DNA from: Candidatus Hydrogenedentota bacterium
Lineage (GTDB): Bacteria > Hydrogenedentota > Hydrogenedentia > Hydrogenedentales > CAITNO01
DNA: 41,785 nucleotides
Assembly: GCA_903822375.1 (NCBI GenBank)
Contig: CAIJOU010000953.1
Location: 1 to 41,785 of the forward strand
Direction: 5' to 3'
Shown here in pieces: positions 9,276 to 15,799 of this stretch (position 1 is the stretch's first letter; the number at the start of each line of letters is the position of its first letter). A model generated the notes under the pieces. The model saw only the letters and a list, made by a program, of their open reading frames with translations, had not been told where the DNA came from and did not search any database. A program made the position numbers and the translations under genes.

Positions 9276-9992
9276 ATGAGGAGGAAAACGTTTTGGTCGG
9301 GTGTGGGGGACGCGATCTATGTGGTCCTTTACGGGGTAATGGGGGCCGTTTTCTGGTTCGCCCCTGCCCGTAACATGCGCAACATGCCCAGTTTTGGCAT
9401 TGAACATATGTTGCTGCTGGCCGGCATTGCCGCCGCAATTCTTGTACATCTGTGGCGGTTGACGTTGGCCCGCCCAGGAACAGCGCGCATGAACGCGGTG
9501 GAAGGCGATGCTCCGGACGCGTGGGTGTCCTCACCGCCTGTCACAATGTCCAAGGAGGCGGGAGAACGCACCGGAAGGGGTCTTTTTGCGTTGACGAGCG
9601 ACCTGGCGGTGTTTTCGATATTTCTCCTCCTGTTCGTGGTGTTGTTTCCCGACCTCAGAGCGCAGCGCATTTATTCTCCCGAATCGGCGGCAATAGGCAA
9701 TATGCGCACGATTCTATACGGTGAAAACGACTACCATTTCGCGACGGGACGTTATGACCCGATTGAAAAGCTGACGGGTGCGAATCCTCCCCGTTTGGAC
9801 GGCAAGTGGACAGGGGTCAAGCTGGAATACCGCTATACGGTAACTGTGGGCAATGACGGACAGTCGTTCAAGGCTCTGGCCATGCCTGAGAACAAGAAGA
9901 TGCGGGCGTTCTATGTGGATGACTCGGGGGTGATTCGGTCCGCGATGCCGGGGAAGGAACCGACGGTGGAATCAAAAGCGATAGGGGAATGA
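9276..9992 (+). CDS. Membrane protein with a pilin/pseudopilin-like C-terminal domain but no canonical prepilin leader
   Basis: ATG 9276 with AGGAG 9 nt upstream. Three hydrophobic segments. The third (VFSIFLLLFVVLFP) is followed by RAQRIYSPESAAIGNMRTILYGENDY, which resembles the post-helix region of type IV pilins (xANESSAIGSLRTINTAEVTY). The C-terminal ...FKALAMPENKKMRAFYVDDSGVIR resembles pilin C-termini. Confidence 0.5.
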   Translation: MRRKTFWSGVGDAIYVVLYGVMGAVFWFAPARNMRNMPSFGIEHMLLLAGIAAAILVHLWRLTLARPGTARMNAVEGDAPDAWVSSPPVTMSKEAGERTGRGLFALTSDLAVFSIFLLLFVVLFPDLRAQRIYSPESAAIGNMRTILYGENDYHFATGRYDPIEKLTGANPPRLDGKWTGVKLEYRYTVTVGNDGQSFKALAMPENKKMRAFYVDDSGVIRSAMPGKEPTVESKAIGE

Positions 9993-9999
9993 GGGCGGA

Positions 10000-10055
10000 G
10001 AATTCACGAGACAGGAAGTAGAAGAAAGTGAAGACGGCAGACAGGAATGTCTGCC
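10000..10055 (+). repeat. Post-stop module, family 3 copy 2: GAATTCACGAGACAGGAAG + purine-rich spacer + 8-bp hairpin
   Basis: GAATTCACGAGACAGGAAG at 10000-10018, 8 nt after stop 9992. Hairpin GGCAGACA-GGAA-TGTCTGCC at 10036-10055. Confidence 0.5.
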
Positions 10056-10291
10056 ACACGCTGGCACCTGTCAACTTATGGTCAGGACGAGACAAGACGG
10101 GAAAGCCATTCATGGTTGCGGGGGCGAAGCGTAGCTTCGCGGGCACGTGCGTACCCAAGTGCAACTTCGTGGGCGGGGACGGATTTTCTTGAGAGGATGG
10201 AAGCGGCAACCGGGCGCAGATTGAGGCCGGGCAGTCGGGGCAGAAGAAGGATGTGATCCTTGGGGGACGGGCGCGATCCCGCTGGGGGACT

Positions 10292-10354
10292 GGCACCTAT
10301 TTCCGCCAATGGCCTCGTATATTCCAGCACCAGCCCATACCGGAAATAGGTGCC
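10292..10354. repeat. Perfect 14-nt inverted repeat with a 35-nt spacer in a long non-coding gap
   Basis: GGCACCTATTTCCG at 10292-10305 and CGGAAATAGGTGCC at 10341-10354. A second pair, CTGTACCCG / CGGGTACAG, follows directly. Confidence 0.6.
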
Positions 10355-10478
10355 TGTACCCGAGTCACCACACGCATTGGCGTTCGCGGGCGCGGGTACA
10401 GCCACCATTCTCGGGTGCCGGTTTTGGGTGGAAGGACAGAATATCGGCCGAAAATGGTGGCAGTCCCCTGGCGGGGAT

Positions 10479-10524
10479 GGTGCGCTCCGCTTTGCTTTGC
10501 AAAGCTTCGCGCACCCTACCGAAG
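10479..10524. repeat. REP-like element, family 1 copy A (GGTGCGC...GCGCACC stem, ...CTTCGCGCACCCTACCGAAG)
   Basis: 7-bp stem GGTGCGC (10479-10485) / GCGCACC (10509-10515) enclosing GCTTTGCTTTGCAAAGC. Aligns with the two copies at 13992-14105. The TAG stop of the GH42-like gene (10516-10518, minus strand) lies inside the CCCTAC motif. Confidence 0.65.
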
Positions 10525-13167
10525 AAGATACATTCGTGTTTCGCCGAGGGCCATATCGAGGGGGAACTGGGTTGCGTTTTCGGCGACTACCTGACCGCTT
10601 AATGCTTCGACCACGGTGCAGGTGCGCGGCAGGGAAAGCTGCTTATGTCCCGCACTGGTGGCAGTCAGGCTGAGGAAGCGGCCGTCGGTGAGCACCTCGT
10701 CGTCGCTGTCGCAGTAGACGTGGACGCCGGAGGCCCTGAGGATGTTGCGCAACAACCGTGCGGGGACGTGGATTGCGCCGATGTAGATGCGCAGGCCGTC
10801 GGGGGTTTGTTTGGCCGCGGCGGCGATGCCGCCCGAGGGATTGCGGGCGATGACTTCGGCACCGGGTTCATCCACCTCCCACACGGGGTCCAGGAGGGTT
10901 TCGCAGCGGAAGGGTTCGGTCAAGCCCGCACTTAAGCCCTGCACCGCCTTTTCGGGAACGACCTTGCCGGGCGCGGGTGTGCCGCGGCGCAGTTTTAGGC
11001 CCGACACCTGGGTCATGTTCGCGTCGCTGGCGGTGTCGCCGATGAAGCCGCCGCCGTAGAACCACACCGCCGTTGTTCCGCGGGTGGCCTGCAGGACGGC
11101 CTCGCGCTGCCGCGCGTCCAGACGGTAGCAGTTGGCAAAGAAGTAGACCTTTGCGGGCGGGACTTTGCCCGCCACGAGGTCACTCAGCAGGTAAATATTG
11201 AAGGGCGCGCCCATGCGGAAGTACTGGCCGCGCATTTCATAGACCAGCGGGCAGGCCAACTGGATGTTGCAGGCGGCGTAGGCGGGACTGTCCTCGTCCA
11301 CGATGAGCGCCACGTCCGGCTTCCAGCACGCCGGTTCCGTCATGTGTTCCTGGTAGAAGCGCTGCAACCCGCCGATGTTGTCCCAGAGTTCCTTTCCGTT
11401 CAGCCAGCCGTTGCCGCCGAGGTCCATGTACCAGGTGGCCAATCGTCGCGGGAAGATCTGCGAGAAATTACGCTGGTGCACCCAGCGGGTTCCCTCGAGC
11501 GAGTCCACGCGGCCAAAGCCCGAGGTTGGCGGAGTGAGCTGTGTGCGCGTGTCATCCTCGTTCAGCCAGAGCTTGCCGTGGCTGCGCACACTGTCGACGG
11601 CGCTCATGAACATGCCCGCGCCGCCCTGCTCGCGGTCGAGGTAGGAAATGGGCGAGCACAGGATGTCCACGTCGGGGCATTCGAGCATGCGCTTCATGGC
11701 GAGGTGGCCGCTGTTCTGCGGACCCATGGGAATGCCGTGCATGTCGAAGATATAGCCGTAGAAGAAACAGGTGAGCTTCTTTCCGTGCGTCTCTTCCTTG
11801 ATGACATGGGCCATCATTTCCAGCGGCGCTTCCATCGCGATCTGCTTGTAGCGGTAATAGTCGATGACCGGGCGTTCCGCGACAGGGTCGCGGAAGAGCC
11901 CCAGATCGCTCTTGCGCATCTGTTCGGCGGCAGGCACCTGGGCGGTCTCAAAGGTGGCTTCCGGACGGTTCCATGCCTTGCGCAATGCATCGACCGACGC
12001 ATACTGCGTTTGCAGCCACGCGCGGAAACCCGCGTTCATGGCCGGGGAGAAATCGGACAGCCGCGCCTCCCAGGAGCGTTCGAAGAACCATTCGCCCGTA
12101 TGCTGACCGCAGGGATGGTAGCCCACGATGTTGTTGCCGTATTTTTCCTCGCAGTGGCGGATGAACGCATGCAGATGGATCTGCATCTCCGCGCGCCAGG
12201 GCTCGGAGGCCACGGACATGCCCACGGTCTGGCCGTCGTCGAAGAGCAGGCGATCGTCGGGGTGGGCGTCCAGCCATGCCTTGGGCGGGTCCATGCCGAA
12301 ACGCGGCAGCAGCAGCGCCTTCGGGTCTTCGCGAAGCGTGGTCTCAATGCAGCGGTCCACCTCGGCGAAGTTGGGTTCCTGGCCCGGTTCGGGCCAGGGC
12401 ATGCCGAGACTGAAGCTGTAGAGGTGGACACCGGCGTCCCGCGCCAGTCGCACCTGCTGCACATAGGGCGAAGATGCGGCCGAGTAAATGGTCCAGGGCT
12501 CGTTGATGTGGAGCATCATGAAGTCCACCGCGCGTGGCTTGTCGGCCTTCATCCAGAGGGTGTAGGTGTACTTCTGCATGGCTTTGACCGAATAGCCGGT
12601 CTGGTACCAATGCAGGTACATGTGATCGGGGCCGGCCTCGGTGATGTCGATGCGCAGGCTCTGTTTGCCGCTGACCCTGGTGTCGCCATCCAGTGTCCAG
12701 GTGGCGTCGGTTTCCGGCCGCTTGAAGAAGTTCCAGTCGCGCTCGATGTCCTCACGCGTGCCTTCAAAGTCGCCGTTGCGCGCAAAGTTCTCCGCGGGCG
12801 TGTCCGTTTTCTCGCCGGGGTAGACGTGAATGTTGTCCACCCAGACCTTGCCCGGTCCCTCGCCGCCCATGCGGAAGTGGATGCCGCTGGCGCCGTCGGT
12901 GTTTTCCAGAGCCATCACGGTGATGCTGAACTCCTGCCACTCGGTGGTCAGGTTTACCCAGGTGGGCCCGGTGAGTCCCGATTCCCACCCAAAAAACATG
13001 AGCGGACTGGTCGGTTTTCCGTCCACGAAAATCGTCGGCGAGCCGTTGGAGTTGCGGAGTTCGGCCTCCAATGCCGAGGCGGGAATGGACAGGAGGCTCA
13101 GCAGGGAGGCGATGAACACGGCCGCAACGGGCGAAATGGCCCCGGAGTTGTTTCGATTTCGTCGCAT
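10516..13167 (-). CDS. Secreted glycoside hydrolase-like protein: N-terminal CBM-like beta-sandwich modules + GH42-like (beta-galactosidase-fold) catalytic and trimerisation-like regions
   Basis: 883 aa; ATG 13167 with GGAGGA upstream. Signal peptide (AAVFIASLLSLLSIPASA). CBM4_9-style segments (KVWVDNIHVYPGE; NGDFEG...SLRIDI). GH42-like stretch (MPWPEPGQEPNFAEVDRCIE...PKAWLDAHPDD...GYHPCGQHTGEWF...FRAWLQTQYASVDALRKAWN). The family assignment rests on motif resemblance only. Confidence 0.65.
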   Translation of the reverse strand: MRRNRNNSGAISPVAAVFIASLLSLLSIPASALEAELRNSNGSPTIFVDGKPTSPLMFFGWESGLTGPTWVNLTTEWQEFSITVMALENTDGASGIHFRMGGEGPGKVWVDNIHVYPGEKTDTPAENFARNGDFEGTREDIERDWNFFKRPETDATWTLDGDTRVSGKQSLRIDITEAGPDHMYLHWYQTGYSVKAMQKYTYTLWMKADKPRAVDFMMLHINEPWTIYSAASSPYVQQVRLARDAGVHLYSFSLGMPWPEPGQEPNFAEVDRCIETTLREDPKALLLPRFGMDPPKAWLDAHPDDRLLFDDGQTVGMSVASEPWRAEMQIHLHAFIRHCEEKYGNNIVGYHPCGQHTGEWFFERSWEARLSDFSPAMNAGFRAWLQTQYASVDALRKAWNRPEATFETAQVPAAEQMRKSDLGLFRDPVAERPVIDYYRYKQIAMEAPLEMMAHVIKEETHGKKLTCFFYGYIFDMHGIPMGPQNSGHLAMKRMLECPDVDILCSPISYLDREQGGAGMFMSAVDSVRSHGKLWLNEDDTRTQLTPPTSGFGRVDSLEGTRWVHQRNFSQIFPRRLATWYMDLGGNGWLNGKELWDNIGGLQRFYQEHMTEPACWKPDVALIVDEDSPAYAACNIQLACPLVYEMRGQYFRMGAPFNIYLLSDLVAGKVPPAKVYFFANCYRLDARQREAVLQATRGTTAVWFYGGGFIGDTASDANMTQVSGLKLRRGTPAPGKVVPEKAVQGLSAGLTEPFRCETLLDPVWEVDEPGAEVIARNPSGGIAAAAKQTPDGLRIYIGAIHVPARLLRNILRASGVHVYCDSDDEVLTDGRFLSLTATSAGHKQLSLPRTCTVVEALSGQVVAENATQFPLDMALGETRMYLLR

Positions 13168-13483
13168 GTCTCCAAATTCCTCCTAATGCAGCGTTTCAAT
13201 GAATGGATACCGGTGCGTACGGGAATGCTGTGCATTGTGCGCCCAGCGGGACAGCGCAGGCAAGGATTGGAACGGCTTGAGACACGTAACGGACTGGCGA
13301 GCGGGGATGGCCGGATTGAAGCTAAAGCCAGGGACCGTCATCTTACTCTGCGTGTCTGTGGCCTGGGTTGTTCAACTGCCCGCAGCGTGACCCGACGGAA
13401 CCTTTGTCCGCTGCCGGGTGTTTAACTCTGTATCGCGTTTCAAACACCATGCCGATTTCCGGCATGAACGAAAGGAAGAAAGA

Positions 13484-13915
13484 ATGAAGACTAGGTTCGT
13501 GGTGATGATGATTGCAGCACTGGCGGTTACCCTGTCCGGGATGGCGTTTGCCGCGGACGCGGCTGCGCCAACGAAGCCCGTTGCGGCGCCTCCGGCGGCG
13601 GCTCCGGCCGCACCTGCGGCACCCGCACCGAAGGCTCCCAAGGGAGTCGAGGCCACGGTCAAGGGTGCCGTGTCCAGCAAGACCATCAATCGGAAGGGCC
13701 AGGACATTAAGGTATACGAAGTCACCGTTGCTTCTGCAACCGGCGCCGACGGCAAGGCCATCGACAGCCTGAAGGGTCAAGTCCTGCGTCTGGGACCCAA
13801 AGACAAGATCGCCGAAATCGCGAAGTTCGATGGGAAGACCGCCGAAATCAAGGGCAGCGTTGTCGAGGGACGCAAGGCCGGGACAAAGATGCTGCGGGTC
13901 GAAACGATCAAGTAA
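13484..13915 (+). CDS. Small secreted protein with an Ala/Pro-rich linker (function unknown)
   Basis: ATG 13484 is preceded by AAGGAAGAAAGA. Signal peptide MKTRFVVMMIAALAVTLSGMAFA, an AAPxKP/AAPAAP low-complexity linker, then a Lys/Gly/Val-rich domain of about 95 aa. Followed by a strong terminator. Confidence 0.6.
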   Translation: MKTRFVVMMIAALAVTLSGMAFAADAAAPTKPVAAPPAAAPAAPAAPAPKAPKGVEATVKGAVSSKTINRKGQDIKVYEVTVASATGADGKAIDSLKGQVLRLGPKDKIAEIAKFDGKTAEIKGSVVEGRKAGTKMLRVETIK

Positions 13916-13940
13916 GTTCAAAAGCCAATCAAGAATTCTA

Positions 13941-13975
13941 GCCGGAGACACAGTGAACGTGTCTCCGGCTTTCTT
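13941..13975 (+). terminator. Rho-independent terminator
   Basis: GCCGGAGACAC-AGTGAAC-GTGTCTCCGGC, an 11-bp perfect stem, followed by TTTCTT. Lies 26 nt after stop 13915. Confidence 0.8.
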
Positions 13976-13991
13976 GATCAGTTGTGGATGT

Positions 13992-14105
13992 GCGAAGTTC
14001 TGTAGGGTGTGCGCAGCGAAGCGGAGCGCACCACTCTTCCGGATTAGCGCAAACGATCCGGTGCTCTCCGTCCCGCTTTGCGGGACTTCGCACACCCTAC
14101 AAGAC
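13992..14105. repeat. Inverted pair of REP-like family 1 elements (TGTAGGGTGTGCG ... CGCACACCCTACA)
   Basis: Copy B1 (13992-14032) is in reverse orientation: TTCTGTAGGGTGTGCGCAGCGAAGCGGAGCGCACC. Copy B2 (14060-14105) is in forward orientation: GGTGCTCTCCGTCCCGCTTTGCGGGACTTCGCACACCCTACAAGAC. They sit between convergent genes (stops at 13915 and 14108). Confidence 0.7.
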
Positions 14106-14107
14106 AA

Positions 14108-15628
14108 TCATTCCGGGTTGAACTTGAAGGAATAAATGTCCGCATCGCTCATGGTGATTTCCATGGTGACCAGCTTTCCGGAGAGTGCGGCGACTTCCCC
14201 ATTGGTGAAGGCAACTTTTCTGTCGAGTGTGTCGCCGAAAAGCTCGATGGAATCGAGCGCTTGGCTTTCGCCGATGAGTTTGATCCGGACGTATCCTTTG
14301 GCCGAGGTGGCGAGATTGAGCGACAGCGATTTGCCGGTGAAGACAAAGGGTTTGGTGACGATGGTGGCGGGCTTGTAGGGGGCGTTGTAGGAAACGAAGC
14401 CATCCACCCGCAGCGTGTAGCGGCGGACGGTGTGGTACTTCATGGACCAGTGGCCGCTGGGGACATACATGGAGAGTTCGTTGGGCAGGCCGGGCTGGTC
14501 GCTGGCGGTTTCGATCATGCCGGTCGCCGGATAGCAGTCGCCGTAGACCCAGTTGTAGCCGTCCTCGGGGCCGGGGCGCATGAAGGCCTCGTCCCAGCGC
14601 TTCCATTTCGCGCCGTCACGGGAGGACATGAAGACGCAGTCGGTGACGGCCAGGCCGAAGCGCGGATGGCCATGCATGCGCGCCTTGCGCCGTTCGGCGC
14701 CGGGGATCTGGGCGAAGGTGTCCGTCCATTCTTCGCGCTCCACATAGCGCGTCGGGAAACCAACGAACATATGGTCGGCACGGTAATAGGGCTGCGCGGC
14801 GTTGGTGTAGAGCGGGTAGTCCTCGGCGCCGCCGAAGTCGAGCAGCACCGGGTCGGACCACTCCTTGAAATCCTTGGACACCATCCAGCGGACGTCCCGA
14901 ATACCGGCGTTCAGGTCGCCGCCCGGAATGCTGTGGAAATCGCGGATATAACAGCGGTACTGTCCTGCATGGCGGTCCCAGAAGGCGATGTTGAGCGTGT
15001 CGAACTTGCCCTTGTTCGTCATCTGCCACGCCTTGGCGAAATGAATGCCGTCGGCGCTGGTGAAACACCACAGGTAATGGTCGTTGCAATCCACGCCCAC
15101 ACCCTTGAAGCGTTCTTCGGTCGGGCAGGCCGGATTGGCGTCCTTGAACACGGAGAAATTGTCGAATCGGGCGGTGGCGCTGTCGAGGATGATATTGTTC
15201 TCCCGCATCCCGTTGAACGCGCATATTCCCAAATGCGGCTTCACCCATATCTTCCCGTCGCGGCTCTCGGCGTAACAGACGACAAAAGGCTGGCTGCTTT
15301 CCTTGGTGCCCTCCGGGTTCAACTGTTTCCCGGCCAGGTAATACATGCGGTACAGGCCGTCGTCGTTGAGCAGGTTATAGTATCCGCCGCCGTCGCCCTC
15401 CCAGGGCTCGTCACTGTTGATGACGATCTCGCGGGGCTGAAGATGGTGCAGGGTCAGGGTGGCCGTGGTCTTGTCGGGGTTGATCAGGCAGTCGTCCCAG
15501 AAAAGCTCCCGGCGCGACCCGATGTCAATGGGGGCGGCGCCTGGATTGTCCTGCGCCCGCGCGGAAGCGAAGGGAAACAGGGTCAGAGCGGACAAAGCCA
15601 GTATTGTGTAAATCACGAAGTTCTTCAT
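14108..15628 (-). CDS. Secreted glycoside-hydrolase-like protein: five-bladed beta-propeller (GH32/GH43-clan-like) + C-terminal beta-sandwich
   Basis: ATG 15628 with GGAGG upstream gives the signal peptide MKNFVIYTILALSALTLFPFASARA. Motifs ELFWDD, EPWEGDGGGYYNLLNDDGLYRMYY and YAESRDGKIWVKP are paralogous to the N-terminal domain of the next gene. C-terminus ...LRVDGFVSY...DADIYSFKF. The 34 upstream codons of the track ORF read through a palindromic repeat. Confidence 0.7.
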   Translation of the reverse strand: MKNFVIYTILALSALTLFPFASARAQDNPGAAPIDIGSRRELFWDDCLINPDKTTATLTLHHLQPREIVINSDEPWEGDGGGYYNLLNDDGLYRMYYLAGKQLNPEGTKESSQPFVVCYAESRDGKIWVKPHLGICAFNGMRENNIILDSATARFDNFSVFKDANPACPTEERFKGVGVDCNDHYLWCFTSADGIHFAKAWQMTNKGKFDTLNIAFWDRHAGQYRCYIRDFHSIPGGDLNAGIRDVRWMVSKDFKEWSDPVLLDFGGAEDYPLYTNAAQPYYRADHMFVGFPTRYVEREEWTDTFAQIPGAERRKARMHGHPRFGLAVTDCVFMSSRDGAKWKRWDEAFMRPGPEDGYNWVYGDCYPATGMIETASDQPGLPNELSMYVPSGHWSMKYHTVRRYTLRVDGFVSYNAPYKPATIVTKPFVFTGKSLSLNLATSAKGYVRIKLIGESQALDSIELFGDTLDRKVAFTNGEVAALSGKLVTMEITMSDADIYSFKFNPE

Positions 15629-15680
15629 TGTCGGCTCCTCCAGATTCCTTAAGAGTTCGGGTCGCGGCATCGGGCTAAAT

Positions 15681-15779
15681 CCCCCTTCGAAGGGGGTGCC
15701 GCGAAGCGGCGGGGGATGTGGGGTGATCATACAAGACCAACATCCCCCGGCCCTGCGGGCCTGTCCCCTTCGAAGGGGG
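15681..15779. repeat. About 100-nt dyad-symmetric intergenic element, family 2 (two CCCCTTCGAAGGGG palindromes flanking hairpins)
   Basis: The order is CCCCCTTCGAAGGGGG (15681-15696), GCCGC-GAA-GCGGC (15698-15710), GGGGGATG (15711-15718), 22 nt, CATCCCCC (15741-15748), GGCCC-TGC-GGGCC (15749-15761), CCCCTTCGAAGGGG (15765-15778). Lies between two co-directional hydrolase genes. Confidence 0.7.
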
Positions 15780-15799
15780 ATCTAAGGCGGCGGTTTCGT

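Noticed and set aside
11344-13425. 693-aa plus-strand ORF opposite the GH42-like gene
   Set aside because: It has no start context or motifs and is Arg/Val/Gly/His-rich. It runs across the true gene's start and promoter region. The minus-strand frame has a signal peptide, an RBS and family-like motifs.
14078-15652. 524-aa plus-strand ORF opposite the propeller hydrolase gene; a similar 421-aa ORF lies at 17021..18286
   Set aside because: Same reasoning: both are antisense shadows of genes with clear paralogous motif sets, and neither shows an RBS or domain signature.
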